Source: Escherichia coli (GTDB lineage Bacteria; Pseudomonadota; Gammaproteobacteria; Enterobacterales; Enterobacteriaceae). Taken from it: DNA of 64,000 nt. This document shows positions 24,564 to 35,355 of this stretch, one piece after another; positions within the stretch are counted from its first letter, which is position 1; the number at the start of each line of letters is the position of its first letter. The stretch lies in NCBI RefSeq assembly GCF_003018235.1, contig NZ_CP027437.1; one strand, written 5' to 3'. The notes under the pieces are model-generated. The model was not told where the DNA came from and did no database searches. It saw only the letters and a program-made list of their open reading frames with translations. The translations under genes were made by a program, and so were the position numbers.

Positions 24564-27500
24564 TTATTTCCGTACCCGATGTCGGTGCAGCCACATCAGC
24601 TTATACGCCGCCGGGATAATAAACAGCGACAGCAAAGGCGCGGTGATCATGCCGCCAATCATCGGCGCGGCAATCCGGCTCATCACCTCTGAACCTGCTC
24701 CCGTTCCCCACAGAATCGGCAGCAGACCAGCGATAATCACCGCCACCGTCATCGCTTTCGGGCGCACGCGCAGGACCGCGCCGTGATACAACGCCTCATC
24801 CAGCTTCTGCTCGCTGAATGTTTGCGGATTATTCAACGACGGCTCGGCCTCTATGGCGTGACGTAAATACATCAGCATCACCACGCCAAATTCGGCGGCG
24901 ACCCCGGCAAGGGCAATAAAACCGGTGCCCGTCGCCACGGAAAGATGAAAGCCCATCCACCACAGCAACCAGATGCCACCCACCAGCGCAAACGGTACGC
25001 TGCTGATAATCAGCAACGCTTCGCCCACCCGACGGAACGCCAAATACAACAGCACGAAGATGATCATCAACGTCATCGGCACCATGAGTTTCAGCTTATG
25101 GTTGGCGCGTTCCAGTAGCTCGAACTGCCCGGAGAATGCCACGCTGGTGCCCGGTTTTAACTGTACTTTTTCAGCTATCGCTTTTTGCAGATCGTGAACC
25201 ACCGACACCATGTCACGATCGCGGGCATCGATATAAATCCAGCTCGTCGGGCGCGCATTCTCGGTTTTCAGCATCGACGGTCCGGTAGAGACTTTAACGT
25301 CGGCCACGTCTGCCAGGGTGATTTGCTGCTTCATCGGCGTCAGGATCGGCAACTGGCGCAGCGCCTGCGGACTATCGCGCCAGCTTTGCGGATAACGCAG
25401 ATTAATTGGATAACGGGCAATCCCTTCCACCGTTTCGCCAACCATCGCCCCGCCCACCGCAGAAGTCACAAACAACTGCACATCCGCCACCGTCATACCG
25501 TAACGTGCGGCTTTTTCACGGTTAATCTCAACGTTGATATAGCGCCCACCTTCCAGCCGCTCGGCAAGCGCAGAAGCTACGCCTGGCACCGTTCGCGCCA
25601 CTTCTTCAATTTGCTCAGCCATCGCGTCGATATCCGCCAGCACAGTGCCGGAAACTTTAATGCCGATAGGGCTTTTAATGCCGGTTGAGAGCATATCGAT
25701 ACGGTTACGAATTGGCGGCACCCACAGATTCGCCAGCCCCGGCAGACGCACGGTGTTATCCAGTTCCTCAATGATTTTGTCCATCGTCATGCCTGGCCGC
25801 CACTGATCTTGTGGCTTAAGCTGGATGGTCGTTTCTACCATCTCCAGCGGAGCAGAATCGGTGGCGGTTTCCGCTTTCCCGGTTTTGCCAAATACCCGCG
25901 CCACTTCAGGTACGCTCATAATCAGCTTGTCGGTTTTTTGCAGCATACTCGCCGCCTCTGCTGCGGAAATCCCCGGCAGCGTCGATGGCATATACAACAA
26001 GTCGCCTTCATTGATCTGCGGTAAAAATTCCCCGCCAACTTTATTGAGCGGCCAGAGAACCGTCAGCACCGAAAGCGCTGCCACCAACAGCGTGGTTTTC
26101 GGCCAGTGCAGTACTTTCAGCAACAGCGGATGATAAACACGAATCAAAAAGCGATTGAGCGGGTTACTGCTTTCCGGCGGAATTTTGCCACGGATCCAGT
26201 AGCCCATCAGGATCGGGATCACTACGATCGCCAGTAGCGCCGCGCCCGCCATCGCATAGGTTTTGGTGAACGCCAGCGGGCCAAACAGACGCCCTTCCTG
26301 CCCTTCCAGGGTGAAGATCGGGATAAACGACAACGTGATAATCAGCAGACTGATAAACAGCGCCGGCCCCACTTCAACAGATGCATCGGTGATCACCTGC
26401 CAGCGCGTTTTATTATCCAGCGTGGCGTCAGGATGCTGGTGCTGCCACTCTTCCAGCCGTTTATGTGCATTCTCGATCATGACGATAGCGGCATCGACCA
26501 TCGCCCCGACGGCAATAGCAATACCGCCCAGCGACATAATATTGGCGTTCAGTCCCTGAAAGTGCATGACAATAAAAGCAATACACAACCCCAGCGGCAA
26601 CGAAATAATCGCCACCAGCGCCGAGCGCACATGCCAGAGAAACAGCGCACAGACTACCGCCACCACAATAAACTCTTCCAGCAACTTGCCGCTGAGGTTG
26701 TCGATGGCGCGGTCAATGAGCTGGCTGCGATCGTATGTTGTAACTATCTCCACGCCTTCCGGCAGACTACTTTTCAGCGTTTCCAGTTTGTCTTTCACGG
26801 CGGCGATCACTTCTCGGGCGTTTTTGCCGGAGCGCAGGATCACCACCCCGCCCGCCACTTCGCCTTCGCCGTTCAGTTCGGCAATGCCCCGGCGCATCTC
26901 CGGGCCAATCTGGACCTTCGCAACATCGCGCAGATAAACGGGCACGCCATTTTCACTGGCTTTTAAAACGATGTGATTAAAGTCGTCGAGCGTTTGCAGA
27001 TAGCCGCTGGCGCGCACCATATATTCCGCTTCCGCCAGTTCGATCGACGAACCGCCCGCTTCCTGGTTTGAAGCATCCAGCGCGCTTTTTACTTCGGCGA
27101 GACTGATGCCATATTGCGCCAGGCGCTGAGGATCGATAACCACCTGATACTCTTTCACCACACCGCCTACCGACGCCACTTCCGCAACGTCAGGAATGGT
27201 TTTCAGCTCATATTTGAGAAACCAGTCCTGCAATGAGCGTAAATCGGCAAGATCGTGCTTACCGCTGCGATCCACCAGTGCATATTCATAGATCCAGCCA
27301 ACACCCGTGGCATCTGGCCCCAGCTCGGCGCTGACTCCCGCAGGGAGCTTACCCTGTACCTGGTTGAGGTACTCCAGCACCCGCGAACGCGCCCAGTACG
27401 GATCGGTGCCATCTTCGAAAATGACATACACATAAGAGTCGCCAAACTGCGAGAAACCGCGCACAGTCTTCGCGCCAGGCACCGACAACATGGTGGTGGT

Positions 27501-27707
27501 TAGCGGATAAGTCACCTGATTTTCAACGATTTGCGGTGCCTGACCGGGATAGCTGGTTTTAATAATCACCTGCACATCGGAGAGATCCGGCAGCGCATCC
27601 ACTGGCGTGTTAATGATGGTCCAGGTGCCCCAGATACTCAGAAACAACGCGCCCATCAGTACCAGAAAACGGTTCGCCACCGAGCGACGAATAATCCATT
27701 CAATCAT
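24564..27707 (-). CDS. cusA: RND copper/silver efflux pump CusA
   Basis: 1047-aa ORF with twelve predicted membrane spans and RND architecture. Confidence 0.95.
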   Translation of the reverse strand: MIEWIIRRSVANRFLVLMGALFLSIWGTWTIINTPVDALPDLSDVQVIIKTSYPGQAPQIVENQVTYPLTTTMLSVPGAKTVRGFSQFGDSYVYVIFEDGTDPYWARSRVLEYLNQVQGKLPAGVSAELGPDATGVGWIYEYALVDRSGKHDLADLRSLQDWFLKYELKTIPDVAEVASVGGVVKEYQVVIDPQRLAQYGISLAEVKSALDASNQEAGGSSIELAEAEYMVRASGYLQTLDDFNHIVLKASENGVPVYLRDVAKVQIGPEMRRGIAELNGEGEVAGGVVILRSGKNAREVIAAVKDKLETLKSSLPEGVEIVTTYDRSQLIDRAIDNLSGKLLEEFIVVAVVCALFLWHVRSALVAIISLPLGLCIAFIVMHFQGLNANIMSLGGIAIAVGAMVDAAIVMIENAHKRLEEWQHQHPDATLDNKTRWQVITDASVEVGPALFISLLIITLSFIPIFTLEGQEGRLFGPLAFTKTYAMAGAALLAIVVIPILMGYWIRGKIPPESSNPLNRFLIRVYHPLLLKVLHWPKTTLLVAALSVLTVLWPLNKVGGEFLPQINEGDLLYMPSTLPGISAAEAASMLQKTDKLIMSVPEVARVFGKTGKAETATDSAPLEMVETTIQLKPQDQWRPGMTMDKIIEELDNTVRLPGLANLWVPPIRNRIDMLSTGIKSPIGIKVSGTVLADIDAMAEQIEEVARTVPGVASALAERLEGGRYINVEINREKAARYGMTVADVQLFVTSAVGGAMVGETVEGIARYPINLRYPQSWRDSPQALRQLPILTPMKQQITLADVADVKVSTGPSMLKTENARPTSWIYIDARDRDMVSVVHDLQKAIAEKVQLKPGTSVAFSGQFELLERANHKLKLMVPMTLMIIFVLLYLAFRRVGEALLIISSVPFALVGGIWLLWWMGFHLSVATGTGFIALAGVAAEFGVVMLMYLRHAIEAEPSLNNPQTFSEQKLDEALYHGAVLRVRPKAMTVAVIIAGLLPILWGTGAGSEVMSRIAAPMIGGMITAPLLSLFIIPAAYKLMWLHRHRVRK

Positions 27708-27718
27708 TGGTTATTCCC

Positions 27719-28942
27719 TCAATGCGCATGGGTAGCACTTTCAGAGCGCATCCGCTCCAGTGCGCCAGAAATATTGGCTTCGGAATCAATCAGGAACAAG
27801 CCGCTGGACACCACCTTTTCACCTTCCGCCAGACCAGAGCGTAACGCGGTGACGCCTTGCGATGCCTGGAAAACGGCAACGCGTTTCGGTACAAAGCGCC
27901 CGTCGGCATCAACGGTAATCACCCGCTGTTCGTTGCCGGTATCAATCAGCGCCTGTGACGGAATGAGCAGCATCGGTTCGCTGGCGGTGTTGAGTTGCAA
28001 CCAGGCGTTCATGCCCGGTTTTAGCGCCTCGTCGGCGTTGTCGACTTCCAGACGCAGTTGCAGCGTGCGGGTCGCGGCATCCACGCCGGGTAGCAGGGTC
28101 CATTTGCGAATGGTGAGTGTTTTATCAGGTCGCGCCGGAACGGTGAGCGTAAACTGCGAGGCATCTTTCACCAGCCAGGCGATGGACTCCGGGATCGCGG
28201 CAGTGATCCACACCGGGTCCATACCCTGAATTTTCGCTACCACATTATCTTTGGCGATATTCATTCCCGCGCGCAGATCAAACGCGGTGATCACGCCATC
28301 AATGGGCGCTTTGAGCGTAAAGCGAGTCTGGATTTTTTGCGTAGCGATCAGGCGGCGAATATCCGCCTCCGGCATTCCCGCCAGTCGCAGCCGCTCAAGA
28401 ATGCCTTCAGTCTGGGTCGCCGTACCGCCGGTTTCGCGCAGCAGTAAATACTCACTCTGCGCTTCCACCCAGTCGGGAATGGTCAGGTCGAGAAGCGGTG
28501 TGCCCTTTTGCACTTTATCGCCCACGGTAAGCGGATACACCTTGTCGATAAACCCGGCAGCGCGAGCCTGCACAATGGCATACTGATACTCGTTGTAACT
28601 GACATTCGCCGGGAAACTCTGGGCAAAAGTCAGCGGCCCGCGCGTGACGGTAGCCGTTTTCACCCCCAGATTCTGCGTCTGGGTCGGGTCAATGCGTACA
28701 CCAGACGCAGAACTCTCTTCATCGGCATATTTCGGCACCAGATCCATATCCATAAACGGCGATTTACCTGGTTTATCGAACCGCGTATTGGGATACATCG
28801 GGTCGTACCAGAATAAGATTTTACGTTCTGCGGTCGGCGTTTTTTCTGCGGGCGGTTCAGCCTTTGCAAACCAGGTAAAACCTGCCGCAGAAATAATACC
28901 GCCCGCGATCATGCTGCCGATAATAAGCGCGATTTTTTTCAT
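27719..28942 (-). CDS. cusB: membrane fusion protein CusB
   Basis: 407-aa ORF with an N-terminal signal/anchor; recognised as CusB. Confidence 0.9.
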   Translation of the reverse strand: MKKIALIIGSMIAGGIISAAGFTWFAKAEPPAEKTPTAERKILFWYDPMYPNTRFDKPGKSPFMDMDLVPKYADEESSASGVRIDPTQTQNLGVKTATVTRGPLTFAQSFPANVSYNEYQYAIVQARAAGFIDKVYPLTVGDKVQKGTPLLDLTIPDWVEAQSEYLLLRETGGTATQTEGILERLRLAGMPEADIRRLIATQKIQTRFTLKAPIDGVITAFDLRAGMNIAKDNVVAKIQGMDPVWITAAIPESIAWLVKDASQFTLTVPARPDKTLTIRKWTLLPGVDAATRTLQLRLEVDNADEALKPGMNAWLQLNTASEPMLLIPSQALIDTGNEQRVITVDADGRFVPKRVAVFQASQGVTALRSGLAEGEKVVSSGLFLIDSEANISGALERMRSESATHAH

Positions 28943-28957
28943 CTCATTAAACCTGGG

Positions 28958-29290
28958 TTACTGGCTGACTTTAATATCCTGTAATAAAGAAAGGTTGCCC
29001 TGCTGGACAAAATTAAACGCCACTTTGTCGCCGGTTTTAATTTCACTCATTTTCGTCTGCGGGGTTATAGTAAAGCGCATGGTCATCTCCGGCCATTTCA
29101 CGGCAGCAATCGGATCGTGATGGATGGTGATTTTTTTGCTTTCCAGATCAATACCTTTTACCACGCCAGTGGCGCTAATAACCTGCGGTTGTACTTCGCT
29201 CATGGTTTCATGATGATGTTCGTTAGCCTGGGTATTAAAGCCAATAACGGTAAACAGACTGAACATTGCGACTTGCAGTGCTTTTTTCAT
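28958..29290 (-). CDS. cusF: periplasmic copper/silver chaperone CusF
   Basis: 110-aa ORF with a signal peptide and the MTMRF metal-site region. Confidence 0.9.
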   Translation of the reverse strand: MKKALQVAMFSLFTVIGFNTQANEHHHETMSEVQPQVISATGVVKGIDLESKKITIHHDPIAAVKWPEMTMRFTITPQTKMSEIKTGDKVAFNFVQQGNLSLLQDIKVSQ

Positions 29291-29313
29291 TTATTCTCTC
29301 CTGGAGTTAAAAA

Positions 29314-30696
29314 TTATTGCTGCCAACCGCCACCAAGTGCGGTATATAAAGAAATTTCGTTCACCTGACGGGCATAATTCAGGTCAAGTAAAGTTTGTCG
29401 GGTTGCAAATAAAGAACGTTCGGCATCCAGCACTTCCAGATAACTTACTGCGCCGTGCTGATATAATGCCCGCGCCCGTTGCAGAGTAATTTGTAGCGAC
29501 GCCAGATAACGCTGCTGGGCGCTAATTTGATCGTTCAGGCTTTGACGTAATGCCAGCGCATCTGCCACTTCTTTAAAGGCGTTCTGGATTTTCTGTTCAT
29601 AATTCACCACCGACTGCTGCTGGCGAATTTCGGCGATATCCAGATTGGCCTGGTTACGTCCGGCATTAAAAATGGGGATCTCAATTTTGGGTATAAAATT
29701 CCACATCCCGCTGCTGGCGTTAAATAATGACGACAGATCGCTGCTGGCGGTTGATATTCCGCTGGTCAGGCTGATAGACGGGAAAAATGCCGCGCGTGCA
29801 GCACCAATATTGGCATTAGCCGCTATTAACGCATGTTCAGCTTCCATAATATCCGGGCGCTGCAATAAGATTTGCGACGACAAGCCCGCCGGTAATTTAA
29901 CGCTTTGCAGGCTGTCGCTGTTTACTGTCTGCGCTTGCGGCAGCTTGCCGTAGCTTCCCAATAACAGTTGCAATGCATTATTCGCCTGCGCCAGTTCCCC
30001 CTGACGTTTAGCGATGTCGCCGCGGGTACTTTCAATCACCCCGCGAGCCTGTTCCAGCGCCAGAACATTGCTGCTACCGGTCAACAGTTGTTTTTCGACA
30101 AACGCATATGACTGCTGATAATTACGCAGCGTTTCTTCGGCGATTTGCAATTGCGCATACGCCAGCTGCTGATTGAAATAGCTTTGCGCGACATTAGAAA
30201 CCAGCAGAATATGCACCGCGCGCTGGGCTTCCTCAGTGGCTAAATAATTTTGGCGCTCGGCTTCGCTCATGTTCTTTAAGCGACCGAAAAAATCGAGATC
30301 AAAGCTGGCGTTAAGGCCAGTCGAGAACTCCCGCGTCGTGGCTGAATCGCCTTTAAGATTGCCGCTCCAGCTGCCGCTGCCCTTGCCATTGAGCTGTGGG
30401 TAGCGGTCGGCATCGGTCAGACGATATTGCGCCCGCGCTTCCTGCACTTTCAGCGTCGCCATGCGCAAATCCCGGTTATTCACCAGCGCCTCGCTAATCA
30501 GCGTCTTCACCTGATTATCAACAAAAAAGGTGCGCCAGCCCGCGTTCTGGTAGTTATCTGCTGCGTTAACCAGGCCGTTCTGGTTGAGTGAGAACTGCGG
30601 CGGCACGGGCATTGCCGGGCGCTGATAAACCGGTGCTAGTGAACAACCGGTTAGCGCAAGGGCCACACAAAATGGCAGAAGTTTACAAGAAAACAT
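29314..30696 (-). CDS. cusC: outer membrane factor CusC (lipoprotein)
   Basis: 460-aa ORF with the lipobox LTGCSL; TolC-like. Confidence 0.9.
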   Translation of the reverse strand: MFSCKLLPFCVALALTGCSLAPVYQRPAMPVPPQFSLNQNGLVNAADNYQNAGWRTFFVDNQVKTLISEALVNNRDLRMATLKVQEARAQYRLTDADRYPQLNGKGSGSWSGNLKGDSATTREFSTGLNASFDLDFFGRLKNMSEAERQNYLATEEAQRAVHILLVSNVAQSYFNQQLAYAQLQIAEETLRNYQQSYAFVEKQLLTGSSNVLALEQARGVIESTRGDIAKRQGELAQANNALQLLLGSYGKLPQAQTVNSDSLQSVKLPAGLSSQILLQRPDIMEAEHALIAANANIGAARAAFFPSISLTSGISTASSDLSSLFNASSGMWNFIPKIEIPIFNAGRNQANLDIAEIRQQQSVVNYEQKIQNAFKEVADALALRQSLNDQISAQQRYLASLQITLQRARALYQHGAVSYLEVLDAERSLFATRQTLLDLNYARQVNEISLYTALGGGWQQ

Positions 30697-30765
30697 AGGC
30701 TCATAATTTCTGGTGATTTTATGCCGCCAACTTTACTCGCCAGGCTCTGATTTTCCGGTGACAGG

Positions 30766-30787
30766 AAAATGACAAAATTGTCATTTT
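30766..30787. promoter_or_regulatory. CusR box: perfect 22-bp palindrome between divergent cusC and cusR
   Basis: AAAATGACAA AA TTGTCATTTT is a perfect inverted repeat in the cusC/cusR intergenic region. Confidence 0.7.
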
Positions 30788-30852
30788 GCCAATAAGCGAT
30801 TGCCATCTGATCCCGCTACTCTAGAATTGCCCGGGCAACATGCGGAGGAAAT

Positions 30853-31536
30853 ATGAAACTGTTGATTGTCGAAGATGAAAAGAAAACCGGAGAATACTTG
30901 ACCAAAGGGTTAACCGAAGCCGGTTTTGTGGTCGATTTGGCCGACAACGGGCTGAATGGCTACCATCTGGCGATGACCGGTGATTATGACCTGATAATCC
31001 TCGATATTATGCTGCCAGACGTGAACGGCTGGGATATCGTGCGTATGTTGCGTTCCGCCAATAAAGGGATGCCGATTCTGTTGCTTACCGCGCTTGGCAC
31101 CATTGAACATCGCGTCAAGGGGCTGGAGTTGGGGGCAGATGACTACCTGGTGAAGCCATTCGCTTTTGCTGAACTGCTGGCACGGGTGCGCACATTACTG
31201 CGGCGCGGGGCGGCGGTGATTATCGAAAGTCAGTTTCAGGTTGCCGATTTGATGGTCGATCTCGTCAGCCGCAAAGTCACCCGCAGCGGTACGCGCATCA
31301 CTCTGACCAGTAAAGAGTTTACACTGCTGGAGTTTTTCCTTCGCCATCAGGGCGAAGTGCTGCCCCGCTCGCTTATCGCCTCGCAGGTGTGGGACATGAA
31401 TTTCGACAGCGACACTAACGCCATTGATGTGGCGGTGAAGCGGCTGCGTGGCAAAATCGACAACGACTTTGAGCCGAAGCTGATTCAAACCGTGCGCGGC
31501 GTGGGCTATATGCTTGAGGTGCCGGATGGTCAGTAA
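30853..31536 (+). CDS. cusR: OmpR-family response regulator CusR
   Basis: 227-aa ORF with a receiver domain (conserved Asp in LIILDIMLP) and a winged-helix C-terminus. Confidence 0.9.
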
Positions 31537-32968
31537 GCCATTTCAGCGCCCGTTTTCGCTGGCAACCCGCCTGACCTTTTTTATCAGCCTGGCCACCATC
31601 GCGGCGTTTTTCGCCTTTGCCTGGATCATGATTCACTCGGTAAAAGTGCATTTTGCTGAGCAGGATATTAATGATTTAAAAGAGATTAGCGCCACACTCA
31701 AGCGCGTTCTTAATCATCCCGAAGAGACACAAGCCCGACGCTTAATGACGCTGGAAGATATCGTCAGTGGTTATTCCAATGTGTTGATTTCCCTGGCAGA
31801 TAGCCAGGGTAAAACGGTGTATCACTCCCCCGGTGCGCCGGATATCCGCGAGTTTACGCGTGACGCCATACCCGATAAAGACACGCGGGGCGGCGAGGTG
31901 TATCTCCTTTCCGGCCCGACGATTATGATGCCGGGCCACGGTCACGGGCATATGGAACACAGCAACTGGCGGATGATTAACTTGCCGGTTGGCCCGTTGG
32001 TGGACGGCAAACCGATTTATACGCTCTACATCGCGCTTTCGATCGATTTTCATCTTCATTACATAAATGATTTGATGAATAAACTTATTATGACCGCATC
32101 GATCATCAGCATCCTGATCGTCTTTATCGTGCTGTTGGCGGTACATAAAGGTCACGCACCGATCCGCAGCGTCAGCCGTCAAATCCAGAACATTACCTCG
32201 AAAGATCTCGACGTTCGCCTTGACCCGCAGACCGTGCCGATTGAGCTGGAACAGCTGGTACTGTCGTTCAACCATATGATCGAGCGTATTGAGGATGTCT
32301 TTACCCGCCAGTCCAATTTCTCAGCGGATATCGCCCACGAAATTCGTACACCAATTACGAATCTCATAACGCAAACGGAAATCGCCCTCAGCCAGTCGCG
32401 CAGCCAGAAGGAGCTGGAAGATGTGCTCTACTCTAATCTCGAAGAGCTGACGCGAATGGCGAAAATGGTCAGCGATATGCTGTTTCTCGCCCAGGCCGAT
32501 AACAACCAGTTAATCCCCGAAAAGAAAATGCTCAACCTGGCGGATGAAGTCGGCAAAGTGTTCGATTTTTTCGAGGCATTAGCGGAAGATCGCGGCGTGG
32601 AGTTGCGGTTTGTTGGTGACGAGTGTCAGGTTGCGGGCGATCCGCTGATGCTGCGTCGGGCGTTAAGCAACCTGCTTTCGAACGCCCTGCGTTATACGCC
32701 GCCCGGAGAGGCGATTGTAGTGCGCTGCCAGACGGTCGATCACCAGGTGCAAGTTTCCGTCGAAAACCCCGGTACGCCCATTGCGCCCGAGCACTTACCG
32801 CGATTGTTTGACCGTTTCTACCGCGTTGACCCCTCCCGCCAGCGAAAAGGCGAAGGTAGCGGCATTGGTCTGGCGATAGTGAAATCGATTGTTGTCGCGC
32901 ATAAAGGCACGGTTGCAGTAACGTCAGATGCTCGGGGGACAAGGTTTGTTATCACATTACCCGCTTAA
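31526..32968 (+). CDS. cusS: sensor histidine kinase CusS
   Basis: Start ATG 31526 ([10 protein letters not shown]) overlaps the cusR stop; H-box [11 protein letters not shown]. Confidence 0.9.
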
Positions 32969-33117
32969 TTATTCAGCAAACGGCAACTTTTATAACCAGT
33001 GTAAAAATAACGTGCCGCAATAGTCATACCTATTAATGGTAAAAAGCTGTCACAATTCATAAAAAACCTTAATATACGCCACCCTAAACATAACCAGCGT
33101 TAATGTAAGGTTTTTGT

Positions 33118-35355
33118 GTGGACTGGCTTCTTGATGTTTTTGCTACCTGGCTCTACGGCTTAAAAGTAATCGCGATAACGTTAGCGGTCATCATGTTCAT
33201 CAGCGGGCTGGACGATTTTTTTATTGATGTCGTCTACTGGGTACGCCGCATTAAACGCAAGTTGAGTGTTTATCGCCGCTACCCGCGAATGAGTTACCGC
33301 GAACTGTATAAACCAGATGAAAAACCGTTAGCGATTATGGTTCCGGCGTGGAATGAAACGGGCGTCATCGGCAATATGGCCGAGCTGGCGGCGACCACGC
33401 TCGACTATGAAAACTATCATATCTTTGTTGGCACCTACCCCAACGACCCCGATACTCAGCGTGATGTTGACGAAGTGTGCGCTCGCTTCCCAAACGTGCA
33501 TAAGGTAGTCTGCGCGCGTCCTGGCCCCACCAGCAAAGCCGACTGCCTGAACAACGTGCTGGACGCCATCACCCAGTTTGAGCGTAGCGCCAATTTCGCA
33601 TTTGCTGGTTTTATTCTGCATGACGCCGAAGATGTGATTTCACCGATGGAATTGCGTCTGTTCAACTATCTGGTCGAGCGTAAAGATCTGATTCAGATCC
33701 CGGTGTACCCATTCGAACGCGAATGGACGCACTTCACCAGCATGACTTACATTGATGAGTTTTCAGAACTGCATGGCAAAGATGTTCCGGTGCGTGAAGC
33801 CCTCGCCGGACAGGTGCCCAGCGCAGGCGTCGGCACCTGTTTCAGCCGCCGCGCCGTGACCGCACTGTTAGCTGACGGTGACGGTATTGCTTTCGACGTG
33901 CAGAGTCTTACTGAAGATTACGACATTGGTTTCCGCCTGAAAGAAAAAGGTATGACGGAAATTTTTGTCCGTTTTCCGGTGGTGGACGAAGCCAAAGAAC
34001 GCGAGCAGCGTAAATTTTTACAGCACGCGCGGACGTCAAACATGATCTGCGTGCGCGAATATTTCCCCGATACCTTTTCGACTGCGGTTCGACAAAAATC
34101 TCGCTGGATCATCGGCATTGTTTTCCAGGGCTTTAAAACCCACAAATGGACCTCCAGCCTGACGCTGAACTACTTTCTCTGGCGCGACCGCAAAGGGGCA
34201 ATCAGTAACTTTGTCAGCTTCCTCGCGATGCTGGTGATGATCCAGCTTTTGCTGTTGCTGGCGTATGAAAGTTTGTGGCCCGATGCCTGGCATTTCCTTT
34301 CTATTTTCAGCGGCAGCGCATGGTTAATGACTCTGCTGTGGCTAAACTTTGGCTTGATGATTAACCGCATCGTGCAGCGGGTGATTTTCGTTACTGGCTA
34401 CTACGGCCTGACGCAGGGGCTGCTATCTGTCCTGCGTCTTTTCTGGGGCAACCTGATTAACTTCATGGCCAACTGGCGCGCGTTAAAACAGGTACTTCAA
34501 CACGGCGATCCACGTCGTGTCGCGTGGGATAAAACAACGCATGACTTCCCCAGCGTGACTGGCGATACCCGCTCGTTGCGTCCGTTAGGTCAAATCCTGC
34601 TGGAAAATCAGGTCATCACTGAAGAACAACTCGATACAGCACTGCGTAATCGCGTCGAAGGTCTACGCCTGGGCGGTTCAATGCTGATGCAGGGGCTGAT
34701 TAGCGCCGAACAGCTGGCACAGGCGCTGGCAGAGCAAAACGGCGTGGCGTGGGAGTCGATCGACGCCTGGCAGATCCCTTCATCACTGATTGCCGAAATG
34801 CCGGCCTCCGTGGCGCTGCATTATGCAGTACTGCCGCTGCGTCTGGAAAATGATGAGTTAATTGTCGGCAGTGAAGATGGTATTGACCCGGTTTCGCTGG
34901 CGGCCCTGACGCGTAAAGTCGGACGCAAAGTGCGTTACGTCATTGTTCTGCGGGGACAAATTGTCACGGGGTTACGCCACTGGTATGCGCGCCGACGCGG
35001 TCACGATCCGCGGGCAATGTTGTACAATGCGGTTCAGCATCAGTGGCTCACGGAACAGCAGGCCGGTGAAATCTGGCGGCAATATGTGCCGCATCAGTTC
35101 CTGTTCGCCGAAATACTGACCACGCTCGGTCATATTAATCGTTCAGCAATTAACGTGTTGTTATTGCGCCATGAACGCAGTTCTCTGCCGCTCGGCAAGT
35201 TTTTGGTCACCGAAGGCGTTATCAGCCAGGAAACGTTGGATCGCGTCCTGACAATTCAACGCGAATTACAAGTTTCGATGCAATCACTATTACTCAAAGC
35301 AGGTTTAAACACAGAACAGGTTGCGCAACTGGAGTCCGAAAATGAAGGAGAATAA
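33118..35355 (+). CDS. nfrB: glycosyltransferase family 2 membrane protein NfrB (phage N4 adsorption protein B)
   Basis: 745-aa ORF with GTG start; recognised as NfrB. Confidence 0.9.
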   Translation: MDWLLDVFATWLYGLKVIAITLAVIMFISGLDDFFIDVVYWVRRIKRKLSVYRRYPRMSYRELYKPDEKPLAIMVPAWNETGVIGNMAELAATTLDYENYHIFVGTYPNDPDTQRDVDEVCARFPNVHKVVCARPGPTSKADCLNNVLDAITQFERSANFAFAGFILHDAEDVISPMELRLFNYLVERKDLIQIPVYPFEREWTHFTSMTYIDEFSELHGKDVPVREALAGQVPSAGVGTCFSRRAVTALLADGDGIAFDVQSLTEDYDIGFRLKEKGMTEIFVRFPVVDEAKEREQRKFLQHARTSNMICVREYFPDTFSTAVRQKSRWIIGIVFQGFKTHKWTSSLTLNYFLWRDRKGAISNFVSFLAMLVMIQLLLLLAYESLWPDAWHFLSIFSGSAWLMTLLWLNFGLMINRIVQRVIFVTGYYGLTQGLLSVLRLFWGNLINFMANWRALKQVLQHGDPRRVAWDKTTHDFPSVTGDTRSLRPLGQILLENQVITEEQLDTALRNRVEGLRLGGSMLMQGLISAEQLAQALAEQNGVAWESIDAWQIPSSLIAEMPASVALHYAVLPLRLENDELIVGSEDGIDPVSLAALTRKVGRKVRYVIVLRGQIVTGLRHWYARRRGHDPRAMLYNAVQHQWLTEQQAGEIWRQYVPHQFLFAEILTTLGHINRSAINVLLLRHERSSLPLGKFLVTEGVISQETLDRVLTIQRELQVSMQSLLLKAGLNTEQVAQLESENEGE

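Noticed and set aside
25185-26966. Multiple plus-strand ORFs of 100-177 aa
   Set aside because: Antisense within cusA; His/Arg-rich nonsense translations.
27531-29120. Plus-strand ORFs of 100-232 aa
   Set aside because: Antisense within cusB and cusF.
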